A DNA stretch of 15,775 nt, from UHGV virus genome UHGV-0129795, one strand, 5' to 3'. Numbering within the stretch: the stretch's first letter is position 1; each line of letters opens with the position of its first letter. Under the pieces are notes generated by a model. That model searched no databases, had not been told where the DNA came from, and worked only from the letters and a program-made list of their open reading frames with translations. This DNA comes from a virus. The position numbers were made by a program, and so were the translations under genes. Below are positions 1 through 8,892 of this stretch, one piece after another.

Positions 1-57
1 CGCCGGGTCGCTGTTACCGAGCGGCTGGTTATGTGTGAAAACTTCAGTAATTGCCAT
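1..57 (-). CDS. D: Head decoration protein D, N-terminal fragment (gene runs off the left edge)
   Basis: Minus-strand ATG at 57..55, 10 nt downstream of the C stop (67..69). Translation MAITEVFTHNQPLGNSDPA resembles the lambda gpD N-terminus as I recall it (..ETFTHYQPQGNSDPA..). Position after C is as in lambda. Confidence 0.75.
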   Translation of the reverse strand, partial: MAITEVFTHNQPLGNSDPA

Positions 58-66
58 GATAGCCTC

Positions 67-1410
67 TTAAACGGGGGTGTTTAACAAATCGTCAGCGGCA
101 TCAGAAGATGCGCTACCTGCTGGGAGTGCACCGGGTGCTGTTTCCATCAAACGATCCAGCGCCGTATCGGTACGCGCCTGGGCACTTTGCGGTGCAGCAG
201 CCAGAATGCGCTGTGCGCTCTCTACCGTCATACCCGGCGTTTCGGCCAGTGCTCGCGCCTGTGACTCACGCCCTTTAGCCTCATCGCAGTTCAGGATGCC
301 CATGATGCGGCTATTCTCTGCAGCTACTGCTGCAGTAACCTGCGCACTGACATCTACAGGGGCCGCTACGGAAGCAATGGTCGTGTCAACGGTAGTGACC
401 TGTTCAGCTGAGGCAGTTGTCTGAGTTGCTGCCTGGTCAACTGGCTTAGTGGTCACAGCTGAAGCAGAAGGTGATGGCATAGTTCCTCCAAGGGTTGTTT
501 TTTTGCGTCTGTCGAGTGCTTCGCGCATCACGCCGAGCGCATCGGTATTGTTAACAAGTTCATCCGCCAGTCCGTTATCCAAAGACTCCTGGCCGGAGAA
601 TACTGCCGCTTCGGTGTCCAGCACGTCCTGAACAGACATGCCGGTATAAGCGGAAACCTTTTCGGCAAACATCTGACGAGTGGCATCGATACGCGTCTGG
701 AAATCAGCACGCACATCTTTCGGAAGCTTTTCGTAAGGGTTGCCGTCGACCTTGCGATCGCCGCTGTAAATCAGCGTGACCTCAACGCCGTTAGTTTTGA
801 GCGCAGCGCCATAGTTGCTGTGCGCCATCATGACCCCAATGGAGCCGGTTCTGGCCGTTTGTGTGACCAGCCGTCGCGATGCCGAACTGGCTATAAGCTG
901 CCCTGCACTGCAGTTCATGTCATTGGCCAGCGCCCAGATGGGTTTGATATCGCGCATACGGGCTATAATGTCGGCGCAGTCAAACGCCCCGGACACCATT
1001 CCACCCGGCGTATCCATATCCAGAAGAATGCCGTCAACGCCGGGGTCACTGATTGCCTGCTGCAGGCGAGCAATGATCCCGTTGTAACCCGTCATGCCGG
1101 AATAAGGCTGAAGCGCACGGGTTTTACTGACCAGCGTGCCGGAAACCGGCAAGACCGCGATACCATTTGCCACCTGATAGCTGCGTGATGGACGGGGATC
1201 CATGTCATCATCCTCACCAAACAGCGCCAGCGGTTCGGCTATTTGTCCGGCATCAAGCGTGATGCCAGAGACGGTATCTGTCAGCCGGGTGATGCCCAAC
1301 TGGCCAGCCAGCGCGCAAAAGAAAACCCGCGCATAGGCGGGTTCAAGCATCAGCGGCTCATTAAAGGCCATACTGGCAATATGCGGAAGATTACGCAGCT
1401 CGTGCGCCAT
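67..1410 (-). CDS. C: Head maturation protease / minor capsid protein C (S49 ClpP-like family), with nested Nu3-like scaffold region
   Basis: 447-aa ORF, same length class as lambda gpC (439 aa) and recognisably similar along its length. Start overlaps the portal gene by 20 nt as in lambda. The Ala/Thr/Gln-rich C-terminal half matches the region that in lambda is also expressed as Nu3 from an internal in-frame start. Confidence 0.9.
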   Translation of the reverse strand: MAHELRNLPHIASMAFNEPLMLEPAYARVFFCALAGQLGITRLTDTVSGITLDAGQIAEPLALFGEDDDMDPRPSRSYQVANGIAVLPVSGTLVSKTRALQPYSGMTGYNGIIARLQQAISDPGVDGILLDMDTPGGMVSGAFDCADIIARMRDIKPIWALANDMNCSAGQLIASSASRRLVTQTARTGSIGVMMAHSNYGAALKTNGVEVTLIYSGDRKVDGNPYEKLPKDVRADFQTRIDATRQMFAEKVSAYTGMSVQDVLDTEAAVFSGQESLDNGLADELVNNTDALGVMREALDRRKKTTLGGTMPSPSASAVTTKPVDQAATQTTASAEQVTTVDTTIASVAAPVDVSAQVTAAVAAENSRIMGILNCDEAKGRESQARALAETPGMTVESAQRILAAAPQSAQARTDTALDRLMETAPGALPAGSASSDAADDLLNTPV

Positions 1411-2983
1411 CTTGCTCCTCCTCGTTTGATTTTTTCACTCCGGCCTCAAAAGCTGCAGCGGCCCATGCCGGTGGTTTCAGACCCGCAGCACGACGCTCCA
1501 TGGTTTCCCGGACCTGCTGGGCAAAAATCTCCTGATAATCATCACCGCGTTTGGCGCACTCTTTTTCATACGTGCTGAGACCTGCCTCAATGAGCATGAC
1601 GGCCTCCTGTACCTCTTTCAGCCCGTCAATTGCCATTCGACCAGAGCCAATCCAGTTGGCATTCCCCCAGGCTGTTCTCGCCTCCTGGAAACTGAACCGG
1701 GCTTTCGAAGGAAGCGTGACCACGCGGCGGACAATCGCCTCTTCAAGCCAGCAAAGAAACATCTGACAGGCCTGTCGGGATGCCACAAACTTGCGACGCC
1801 CCATAAAGTACGCCCAGGACTCGTTAGCACTTGCGCGTGCGGTCGAGTAGCTCATCTGCGAATAGTTTCGCGAAAGCTGCTCATACGACACACCAAGCCC
1901 AGCGGCAATATAACGCAGCAGGGACTGTTCAAAAGTCGAGTAGCCGTTATCGGTATCCTGCGCCGACTGAAGGTTGAGAGAATCACCCGGCAACAGGTGT
2001 GGAACCCTTGCCCCACCCAGGCGAACAGGCGCAGCTGAGTAATAGGACGCCATTTCACCGAGCCAGCCCGTAAGTTTGCTCTGCTGCTCTTTATTATCCG
2101 CGCCGAGAATAAAGTCCATCGCCGATTGGGTATCCAGTTCACTCTCGATGGTAGCGGCATACATAGCCTTCACTATCGCGCTCTGGAGCTGGGTATTTTG
2201 CAGGGTATCGAGCATTTTCATCTGCTCCATCACGCTGTAAAACGCATTGGCCCCACGGGTCTGTCCATCCTCCATCGGTTCGAATACATGGATAAATGAA
2301 GGTCGACCGCCGGGTAGTTCGCGAGGAATGTAGGTCCAGTTCTGCGCCATCCAGCCGGGATAACCATCGTCGCTGACGTAATATCCCAGCGCAGCACCGC
2401 TATCATTTATTTTCACACCGGCGCGACAGTTCCGGGTATCACCGATATTATTCGGATTGCTGACGCGCTTCGGACTGACCATTTTGAACTGAGTACGGAA
2501 AAGACGCGTTGAATCGCTGTCCCAGGTCGCCTGCGTGCATAATTCACCGTTAAACGCGTGCATGGCCACACCTTCTCGGATCATCATCGTAAACGTTCGC
2601 TTACGCTCGGCATCAATCCCGCAAAAGTCGTCCTCGGCATACTCATTCCATGCAGCTTCCACATCCCGCGAGAATGCCCGTGAATCCTCCTCATTTATTC
2701 CCAGATAACGCCAGCTTGGTCGATAACTGAGTCTGAAAAATGACCCGACGATGTGGTCCTGGTGGAGCTGCACGGCGTTTGCCGCGTAGCCATTATTTCG
2801 CACCAGATCGTCAGCGCGGGCATTTCCGCGAGAATAGTTGGGTAGGAGTGCGGCATCTGCACTTTCACTCGGCGGATTCCAGCCTCGCAGCTGCCCACCA
2901 AACCCGCCTCCACCGCCATGATATCCTGCGTATTCCCGAAGGGATGTTTTCCCGTCAGGTCCCACCAAAGATGGTATTTTCAT
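1391..2983 (-). CDS. B: Portal protein B
   Basis: 530-aa ORF (lambda gpB is about 533 aa). N-terminus with a glycine run (..[21 protein letters not shown]..) as in lambda gpB. Sits between W and C; 4-nt overlap with W. Confidence 0.9.
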   Translation of the reverse strand: MKIPSLVGPDGKTSLREYAGYHGGGGGFGGQLRGWNPPSESADAALLPNYSRGNARADDLVRNNGYAANAVQLHQDHIVGSFFRLSYRPSWRYLGINEEDSRAFSRDVEAAWNEYAEDDFCGIDAERKRTFTMMIREGVAMHAFNGELCTQATWDSDSTRLFRTQFKMVSPKRVSNPNNIGDTRNCRAGVKINDSGAALGYYVSDDGYPGWMAQNWTYIPRELPGGRPSFIHVFEPMEDGQTRGANAFYSVMEQMKMLDTLQNTQLQSAIVKAMYAATIESELDTQSAMDFILGADNKEQQSKLTGWLGEMASYYSAAPVRLGGARVPHLLPGDSLNLQSAQDTDNGYSTFEQSLLRYIAAGLGVSYEQLSRNYSQMSYSTARASANESWAYFMGRRKFVASRQACQMFLCWLEEAIVRRVVTLPSKARFSFQEARTAWGNANWIGSGRMAIDGLKEVQEAVMLIEAGLSTYEKECAKRGDDYQEIFAQQVRETMERRAAGLKPPAWAAAAFEAGVKKSNEEEQDGARAA

Positions 2984-3186
2984 ACGTAAAACCCTGCTGG
3001 CCCCCGGCGTCGTGATGTGGTGCCAACCTGAGATTCAAGGTCAGCAATATATTTTTTGAGATCGCTGACTGAAGTGGCTGTAAATTCCACTCTTCGACCG
3101 TCTTTCTGTACCGTCGCCACGCGCTTTCCCATCATCAGGTCATGTAACGCAGCGCGCGCGGCATCCAGTTCAGTCTGTGTTGCCAT
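2980..3186 (-). CDS. W: Head-tail joining protein W
   Basis: 68-aa ORF, the same length as lambda gpW. The internal block [28 protein letters not shown] and the C-terminal [10 protein letters not shown] match gpW from memory. Start shares 1 nt with the A stop. Confidence 0.9.
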   Translation of the reverse strand: MATQTELDAARAALHDLMMGKRVATVQKDGRRVEFTATSVSDLKKYIADLESQVGTTSRRRGPAGFYV

Positions 3187-5108
3187 TATTCATCTCCAGA
3201 TAATGCCCGCGCGTAATCCGCCAGGGTCTTGTTATTGTTACGGCTGCCTTCTTCCTCCAGCAGGCTGGCCAGAAGTGAATCAAGATTTAGCTGCCAGCGG
3301 GATATGCTTATACGCAGCGCCGCCAGTGCATAAACAAAGCAATCGAGCGCCTCATTTCGTCGTTTTTTGCTGTCCCAGACGATCTTTTTCTTTCCGTCTA
3401 CCCATTTTTCCACCTGCTCTTCAGCTGTTAGTTGTTGGGCCTCTGTTAGATCGTAGATTTCTGGGTTATTCGGGAAATGAACCGCTCCCGCCAGCGGCTC
3501 GTCTCTTTGCGCCACCAGCGTGAAACGGTTATAAATCTGCTCTTTTGCGGTGTCTGTTCCTACCTCTGTGAGGTAAACACCATTCTTGTTACGCTTGCGT
3601 GGCATGTTCGCCACTGGCTTTCCATAAACCGACGCCCCCTTTATAGGGATCACACGAAACAGACCGTGTTTTTTTGAGCGGTTGTAGACGATGGTGGGAT
3701 CAATGCCGCCAATATCCCAGCAAGTGCGGGATATAACCATTTCGAGACCGTTCTGGCGCTTATACGTCCTGTTGATCGCTTCATCAACTCGAGCGAGAGT
3801 CGACTCATCATCATGACGACCCATAATGATAATTTTGTCGATAAGCCAGCTTTCCTCTCCCGGCCCCCATCCCCAAACACGCATTTCGTAACGGTCAAGC
3901 TGGGAGTCAATACCCGCTGTCAGATATGCCACTCGCTCCGGCACAGACGCTTCAAAGTGCTCTTTTCGTTCCGCTAAAACTTCAGCATCGGGTCGTTCAC
4001 CTATTTTCGGTTCCCACGTTTCGCCCAGGGTCGTGTTAACGAAAGTTTTTCGCTTACCCGTATCACCTTTTGTTTTTATCCAGTCCTTGACGATCTGCAC
4101 CCAGGTTGTGAACGGGCTATATGCGGTCCAGATGTGGAATGTAACGCTGTCAGGAGGTTCAATTTCGGTACCGGATGAAGAAAACCAGTTAAGGCCGTCT
4201 CGTGTCCAGATACCTGTTTCATCACAAATATACCTGGCCTCCAGAAATTCCAGCTCCTGTTGTTTAATCACACAGGCATTGTGTTCACAGAGGTAGTAAA
4301 CGCTGGCAGGTTCTCCCGGAGACCATTTGAAGCCAAATGGTGTCTCTTTATCACCGAATTTCAGATACTGCTCTTCCCCACAGTGTGGGCATGGAACATG
4401 GAACCGAAGAAAATGTTCAGACTCCTTAGCAGCTCTTTCTATCTGGCACGTACCTTTGACTTTCGGTGTAGATCCGCGAATGGATTTCGGCCATACAGAA
4501 CCCTCAATACGCTTATCACCCAGAAAGGTGGGAGAACCTTCTTTCTCGATGTCATCATCGAAAGCGGCGAGCTCGTCGTAGCCAGCCACATCAACTGATT
4601 TTTCACGGTAGTTTTTTGCAGCCTTACCGCCCAGGCACCAGAAACCACGACCATTCGAGAAACGCTTCATGCTCAGCGTATTGTCCCGGTGTTTTTTACC
4701 GTACCAGGGAGCAAGCGCCAGCAACGTCGGAATATCACGAATGGTCGGTTCTACATGAGACTTCATGAAGTTTTCAGCATCACCGTCGGTTGGTAACCAT
4801 ATTAGGGAGTTACGCTGTTTATGTTGGATGAAATATGCGTAAACGCCGAGCAACATTTTTGAGTAGCCGACACGAGCCGATTTAACGACATTCACCTCGC
4901 GAATATAGTCATTACCCATCGCATTCATAATTGCACGCTGAAATGGCAGTGTTTCCCAGCGCCCTTCCTGGTAGGCAGACTCTTTCGGGAGATAATAATT
5001 CTCATCTGCCCATTCAACTGCTGTTTGCGGTTGCGGCCGGTACAGCGAACGTAACCCCGCCCGCGCAGAGTGCTGCAGCCCCTTAACCTGACTGTTCGAT
5101 ATATTCAC
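3186..5108 (-). CDS. A: Terminase large subunit A
   Basis: 640-aa ORF (lambda gpA is 641 aa). N-terminus [54 protein letters not shown] and the following several hundred residues are near-identical to lambda gpA as I recall it. Overlaps Nu1 by 26 nt. Confidence 0.95.
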   Translation of the reverse strand: MNISNSQVKGLQHSARAGLRSLYRPQPQTAVEWADENYYLPKESAYQEGRWETLPFQRAIMNAMGNDYIREVNVVKSARVGYSKMLLGVYAYFIQHKQRNSLIWLPTDGDAENFMKSHVEPTIRDIPTLLALAPWYGKKHRDNTLSMKRFSNGRGFWCLGGKAAKNYREKSVDVAGYDELAAFDDDIEKEGSPTFLGDKRIEGSVWPKSIRGSTPKVKGTCQIERAAKESEHFLRFHVPCPHCGEEQYLKFGDKETPFGFKWSPGEPASVYYLCEHNACVIKQQELEFLEARYICDETGIWTRDGLNWFSSSGTEIEPPDSVTFHIWTAYSPFTTWVQIVKDWIKTKGDTGKRKTFVNTTLGETWEPKIGERPDAEVLAERKEHFEASVPERVAYLTAGIDSQLDRYEMRVWGWGPGEESWLIDKIIIMGRHDDESTLARVDEAINRTYKRQNGLEMVISRTCWDIGGIDPTIVYNRSKKHGLFRVIPIKGASVYGKPVANMPRKRNKNGVYLTEVGTDTAKEQIYNRFTLVAQRDEPLAGAVHFPNNPEIYDLTEAQQLTAEEQVEKWVDGKKKIVWDSKKRRNEALDCFVYALAALRISISRWQLNLDSLLASLLEEEGSRNNNKTLADYARALSGDE

Positions 5109-5628
5109 TCAGCAACCCCGGTATCATTTCATCCAGCGCAGCTGCCTTGTTCATGGCCTTAATGATGTCCTTCTTGAGGAAATCAATATGTCGGTTCTCC
5201 AGCTCCGGGAAGCGCCGCTGAACCGACAGAGGTATTCCATCGAGAATGCTGGCGATTTCTCCGGCTACCCGCGACAGCACGAACGTGCAGAATGCGGTCT
5301 CCACCACTTCAGCGGACTCTTTTGCATTTTTTAATTCCTGAGCGTCAGCCTGAGCTCGCGTAAGTCGGTGTCGCTCATATTCAATCGTGCCAGGTTGAAG
5401 ATCGGACTCAGAAGCGATACGGAGATCTTCAACTTCCTTCCGCAACTTTTCATTTTCTATAGCTGCATCGCGCGCACTGTACCATTCGATTGCAGCAGCA
5501 GATTCAAAGAGAACCTCATTACCTTTGCCACCACCGCGGACAACCGGCATACCTTGCTCCTGCCAGTTCTGAATCGTTCGGACGCTTACCCCGAAAATTT
5601 CGGATAAGCGTTTTTTGTTAACCTCCAT
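5083..5628 (-). CDS. nu1: Terminase small subunit Nu1
   Basis: 181-aa ORF, the same length as lambda Nu1. MEVNKK..IFG.S.RTIQNWQEQGMPV.RGGGKGNEVL and the C-terminal ..[18 protein letters not shown] match lambda Nu1. First gene downstream of cos, as in lambda. Confidence 0.95.
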   Translation of the reverse strand: MEVNKKRLSEIFGVSVRTIQNWQEQGMPVVRGGGKGNEVLFESAAAIEWYSARDAAIENEKLRKEVEDLRIASESDLQPGTIEYERHRLTRAQADAQELKNAKESAEVVETAFCTFVLSRVAGEIASILDGIPLSVQRRFPELENRHIDFLKKDIIKAMNKAAALDEMIPGLLSEYIEQSG

Positions 5629-5639
5629 GGCTTACTCCT

Positions 5640-5790
5640 GGCAAAAAACAGAGAAAGGAAACAATCAACGGTAAACTTCCGTTTTCCTTGCTCAGCATTT
5701 CCTTTCTGGAGAGAGGACGTTTTTAACAAAAACAATGAGTAAACAAGAAGAAGAACGGAAATGGCATAAACCAGAAAATTTTCATAAATA
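5640..5790. other. cosB-like terminase binding region (R1/R2/R3-like repeats)
   Basis: Lies between the Nu1 start and cosN. Contains AGAAAGGAAAC (about 5651..5665), CCGTTTTCCTTG (about 5680..5692) and AAGAAGAAGAACGGAAA (about 5744..5762), which resemble the lambda R1/R2/R3 gpNu1 sites as I recall them. AT-rich. Confidence 0.65.
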
Positions 5791-5794
5791 GCGA

Positions 5795-5825
5795 GAATCT
5801 GCGCGGACGCCGCCCCGTAACCTGT
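5795..5825. other. cosN cohesive-end site (predicted 12-nt overhang about 5804..5815)
   Basis: Plus strand reads agcgagaatctgcgcggacgccgccccgtaacctgtcggatcgccggaaaggaccc, collinear with the reverse complement of the lambda right-end/left-end junction (AGCGAAAACCCGCGAGGTCGCCGCCCCGTAACCTGTCGGATCACCGGAAAGGACCC). CGGACGCCGCCC occupies the place of the lambda overhang AGGTCGCCGCCC. Confidence 0.8.
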
Positions 5826-5916
5826 CGGATCGCCGGAAAGGACCCGCAAACGATAATAATTATCACTTACACATCGACACACGAAAACCAACCCATTTGG
5901 ACGTCTAAACGTCCAT

Positions 5917-6384
5917 TCATCGCGACAGCGCTGACCATATCGTGCCACCTGGCCGAAGACTCTTCTTCAGTTCCTCGGACACAACATCTGAGATCGCTTT
6001 TACCATTTCAGGGGATAGCTTCACGCCGGTCTTAATTTCGGGACAGATGCCAACATTGATGGCATAGCCTTTTCGTGGGTCGTTCTCTATCCGGCCAAAC
6101 TGAATATTTACAGAGCCACCAATATAACCACCAGCAGGAACACCAAAGCGCGTATTCACCAGGTGCTTAATGGCGAACTCCTGCCCTTCAGCGGTCAGGA
6201 AGGTGTAATAATTTTCCTTTTGATACTCCGTCGCGGTATGGCGTGTTTCAGCGAATCCCAGCTCTAGAAGCTCAGCAGCACCAGATTTGGCTGGCAGATC
6301 ACCAGACTGAAGCGCGCCACGGAAAAACAGCGCATACAGAACATCCGTCGCCGCGCCGGACAACGTGATAATTTTATGACCCAT
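5917..6384 (-). CDS. Hypothetical protein (155 aa), accessory gene adjacent to cos
   Basis: Complete ORF with an AAGGA ribosome-binding site 8 nt upstream of ATG. Not a lambda backbone gene and no family recognised by eye. Occupies the Rz-to-cos interval where lambda carries bor and other accessory genes. Confidence 0.6.
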   Translation of the reverse strand: MGHKIITLSGAATDVLYALFFRGALQSGDLPAKSGAAELLELGFAETRHTATEYQKENYYTFLTAEGQEFAIKHLVNTRFGVPAGGYIGGSVNIQFGRIENDPRKGYAINVGICPEIKTGVKLSPEMVKAISDVVSEELKKSLRPGGTIWSALSR

Positions 6385-6496
6385 GATTTATTTCCTTTTA
6401 GGCGTGAGCCTGTCGCACGGCAAAGCCGCCGAAAGTTAACGGTTTGCCCAGGCTCACAGCTGAAAGACTTTCTACGATGTGCGCGTGCGATGCGCA

Positions 6497-6520
6497 TAAA
6501 AAAGCCGCGTGATGGCGGCT
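6497..6520 (-). terminator. Rho-independent terminator (minus strand)
   Basis: Minus strand reads AGCCGCCATCACGCGGCTTTTTTAT: a 6-bp GC-rich stem (AGCCGC/GCGGCT), 6-nt loop, then a 6-T run. Confidence 0.6.
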
Positions 6521-6649
6521 ACTGTTTGAATATCAGGGTGTTGTTTCGTCTTAACCCTGGTTAATGTAGGCATTCAGCCCGTCGGTGGTGGGACACTGGC
6601 GCACTTAATAAAGAGTAATGGCTGATTACCTCAGAATAAGGAATCAAAA

Positions 6650-6910
6650 ATGTCAGAAGGTTTTGGTTTAAAAGAAAAGGTTGAGCAGTTAGAAAAAGAA
6701 TTAGCCGTACAAAAAATAGCAAATCAGCTTGCTTTTGGAGCACTAATTAAAGCAGTTAATGAGCTGTACCCGAACAAAGATTTATATGATGGGTTGACAA
6801 AATTTGTCCAGGAAAAACTTGATCCTGAACGTGTTAAAAACATCCCTAATCTTCACGAGGCCTTTCTAGAAGCTGCGAAAATACTGAGGACTGACGCATC
6901 TCCTGAATAA
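6650..6910 (+). CDS. Hypothetical small helical protein (86 aa) in an AT-rich island, opposite strand to the phage operons
   Basis: Plus-strand ORF with an AAGGA ribosome-binding site 8 nt upstream of ATG. Codon usage is visibly AT-rich compared with flanking phage genes. Heptad-like charged sequence (KEKVEQLEKELAVQKIANQL). No family recognised. Confidence 0.5.
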   Translation: MSEGFGLKEKVEQLEKELAVQKIANQLAFGALIKAVNELYPNKDLYDGLTKFVQEKLDPERVKNIPNLHEAFLEAAKILRTDASPE

Positions 6911-7278
6911 TTTTATCAACAAAGGCAGTTGTGTCCTCTTGCTTTTCATTCACAATGCATGTGACTGCCTTTTCTAAAGCTGTAATTCGTTCTTCAAGTG
7001 TCATACCCACTCCTGTCATTGGCTTCAAAATGATAAACCCCGCATTTGCAAGTCCTATTTATACCCCGCAGGGGATAAAAACCATATTATCCGCTTGCGG
7101 GGATAACCATTATCAAGCCCACCAGTAGATGGGCTTTGTAATGGCTACTGGCGGTCATTATGCTGATGTAAGGCTTCGGGTCAGATGGCATCGTAAAATG
7201 CGCTGGTGGGTGTGGTCTGTTCATGAATAATTCCAGTGCTCCATTATCGAAGCCCCTCAGTGAAGGGCTTCTGTAATG

Positions 7279-7464
7279 TCAGTCCCGGACGAACGTAACC
7301 TTTGTGGTTATCATTCGCCGCACAAGGCGCGTCGCTTCGCGTTGCATTTCATCAATTACTTTTGGTGTCAGCGGCTGACGCGCATATTTGCGCTCAATCT
7401 CTGCAAAAATCCCGTTCAGCGCCTCGCTGTCTGGTGGGATAACTTCAACGTTTAATCGTGCCAT
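7279..7464 (-). CDS. Hypothetical small protein (61 aa) downstream of Rz1
   Basis: In-frame ATG at 7464 within track ORF 7279..7551, preceded by an AGGA-like ribosome-binding site. Overlaps the Rz1 stop by 20 nt. A 7-bp stem hairpin follows its stop (about 7248..7270). No family recognised. Confidence 0.4.
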   Translation of the reverse strand: MARLNVEVIPPDSEALNGIFAEIERKYARQPLTPKVIDEMQREATRLVRRMITTKVTFVRD

Positions 7465-7723
7465 CGGTTTGTCCTGCCCTGTTGTTCTCGAAAGTCCTGA
7501 TATCAGCCTTATCCCTGTTGCACTGCGCCAGCGCTGACAGCAACGTGACATTCAGGTTAAGACTTGCTCCCCACGTAAACGGGTCGGGTAAATCTGGCTG
7601 GGGTGTTTCAGCCGTCAGGCTGGCTGGTAACGGAACTACCGGAACAGGCACGAAGACCGTTCGCGTATTCGTGCAGCCGCTTAACTGCGCCAGCAGGCAC
7701 AACACGAACAGCACAATCATCAT
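7445..7723 (-). CDS. Rz1: Outer-membrane lipoprotein o-spanin Rz1 (overlapping architecture)
   Basis: Tandem Met codons at 7723/7720 in the +1 frame of Rz. Hydrophobic signal MMIVLFVLCLLAQLSGC with a lipobox (LSGC). Proline-rich mature part (PVPVVPLPASLTAETPQPDLPDP). Starts inside Rz and extends past the Rz stop. Confidence 0.75.
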   Translation of the reverse strand: MMIVLFVLCLLAQLSGCTNTRTVFVPVPVVPLPASLTAETPQPDLPDPFTWGASLNLNVTLLSALAQCNRDKADIRTFENNRAGQTDGTIKR

Positions 7724-8000
7724 CCGCAACAGCAGCCTTGATATCGTTCTCGGTTCTCTGTGACTCCAGTGCGATCTGCTGCCTGACATATTGATTTGTC
7801 TCCAGAATGATGTTCGTTATTGCTACGGTGCGCAGGACATTCGCGGTGATGGTCTCAAAGGAATCAGCGCGCTGTTCTGCATCGTCAGCGCGCCGCTGTT
7901 CCTCCAGAAACTTTCCATGGTAATGATTCGCTGACCAGACAAGACCACCAGCAATACAAGCAATAAACGTTAAAATGAGCGCCCAATAACTCATCTTCAT
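7608..8000 (-). CDS. Rz: Inner-membrane i-spanin Rz
   Basis: 130-aa ORF with an N-terminal transmembrane helix (SYWALILTFIACIAGGLVW) and a charged, helical periplasmic domain. Immediately downstream of the endolysin (4-nt overlap) and contains the Rz1 start. Confidence 0.8.
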   Translation of the reverse strand: MKMSYWALILTFIACIAGGLVWSANHYHGKFLEEQRRADDAEQRADSFETITANVLRTVAITNIILETNQYVRQQIALESQRTENDIKAAVADDDCAVRVVPAGAVKRLHEYANGLRACSGSSVTSQPDG

Positions 8001-8611
8001 ACCAGCAGCGCCGCCCGCGCCTTGTTGTATCGGACCTTACGATCCTCAATACCGTTCAGACCGCCGTTAATGATGCGAGTAACACGATTAATATCGGCAC
8101 CGTAGATCATGCAGCCTTTAGAGGTGTAGAACCATGCAGCTGAGCGCGCAGCCTGTAGTTCCTGTTCCAGTTGTTCAGGTGAAGTCACCAAATCTAACTT
8201 CAGAGCAGCCCCGCAGGTGCGATAATTGTCGAGGCCAGTGATTTGAATTAACCCTCTGCCGCGATATTTCCAGCCGTCGCCGGGCGCTTTGTTACCCAGG
8301 CGGTTGCTATACACCAGATTGGCAATAGCATCCTGACGAGCTGCATGTCCGGATGTTCTGCCAAGGGCATCAGCCTGCTGCTGTGTGATCCTCTTTCCGA
8401 ACGTCGCCACCAGCGCAGATGGTGTGTAGTTCAAATTTTCAACTACAGCGCTAAAGCCACCAGACTCATGACCTACCTGAGCGATGAACATGGCCTGATC
8501 CGCGGGTGCTGTAATGCCGAATTCTTTCATCGCTGCATCTACTGGTTGAAACCAGCGCACAGCCAGTCCGGCGCTGATACCAGCCGCCTTTTGAAATAAT
8601 TGTTGGTTCAT
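7997..8611 (-). CDS. Endolysin, glycoside hydrolase family 19 (chitinase-like lysozyme)
   Basis: 204-aa ORF with AMFIAQVGHESGGF, ANLVYSNRLGN, GDGWKYRGRGLIQITGL.NYR, RSAAWFYTSKGCM and INGGLNGIEDR blocks, which match GH19-type Salmonella phage endolysins as I recall them. Sits between holin and Rz. Confidence 0.9.
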   Translation of the reverse strand: MNQQLFQKAAGISAGLAVRWFQPVDAAMKEFGITAPADQAMFIAQVGHESGGFSAVVENLNYTPSALVATFGKRITQQQADALGRTSGHAARQDAIANLVYSNRLGNKAPGDGWKYRGRGLIQITGLDNYRTCGAALKLDLVTSPEQLEQELQAARSAAWFYTSKGCMIYGADINRVTRIINGGLNGIEDRKVRYNKARAALLV

Positions 8612-8892
8612 TAGTGCCTCAGATGATCAACCAGGCGTGCAACGTTGCCTCTGACGGCCACCAGCACGGAAAGAAAAATAGTATTCGCCACGATAATGGG
8701 CCATGAGGAATGGGGATAAATCCCACAGAGATAGGCCAACGGAACAGCACTGTATGTAACAGTAATCAGCCAGGCTAAACGTGAAACCCAAGGACGATGC
8801 CGCGAATCACCACGACGATAAAACATCAGAGTAATAACAACACAAGCACATAACAGCGCGTTTATAGTTGCTGTCGGGTCATTTAGCTCCAC
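8611..8892 (-). CDS. Holin (small multi-TM membrane protein)
   Basis: 93-aa ORF with 2 to 3 hydrophobic helices and a charged C-terminus. Directly upstream of the endolysin, with overlapping stop and start (TAATG). Confidence 0.7.
   Translation of the reverse strand: MELNDPTATINALLCACVVITLMFYRRGDSRHRPWVSRLAWLITVTYSAVPLAYLCGIYPHSSWPIIVANTIFLSVLVAVRGNVARLVDHLRH

Noticed and set aside
77-1578. Plus-strand ORFs 77..424, 449..631, 815..1087, 820..1188 and 1243..1578 lying inside C and B
   Set aside because: They are antisense to strongly supported lambda head genes in GC-rich DNA. Their translations are Ala/Arg/Ser-rich and low complexity, typical of shadow ORFs.
3056-4654. ORFs on both strands inside the terminase A gene (3056..3523, 3477..3677, 3650..3910, 4033..4296, 4260..4598, 4327..4581, 4439..4654)
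   Set aside because: Fully contained in the gpA coding region, whose frame is supported along its whole length. No ribosome-binding sites noted.
6846-7028. Minus-strand 60-aa ORF as drawn in the track
   Set aside because: The track start corresponds to a TTG codon. If real, the product would start at the ATG at 7004 (52 aa). It overlaps the 3' end of the plus-strand gene and contains a long inverted repeat, so it may be a terminator region instead. Kept only as a finding.
7117-7140. Hairpin AAGCCCA..TGGGCTT followed by TGTAATGG as the plus-strand gene terminator
   Set aside because: The T tract is weak and it lies about 200 nt past the stop codon. The repeat at 6921..6975 is the better terminator candidate, so this one was not annotated.
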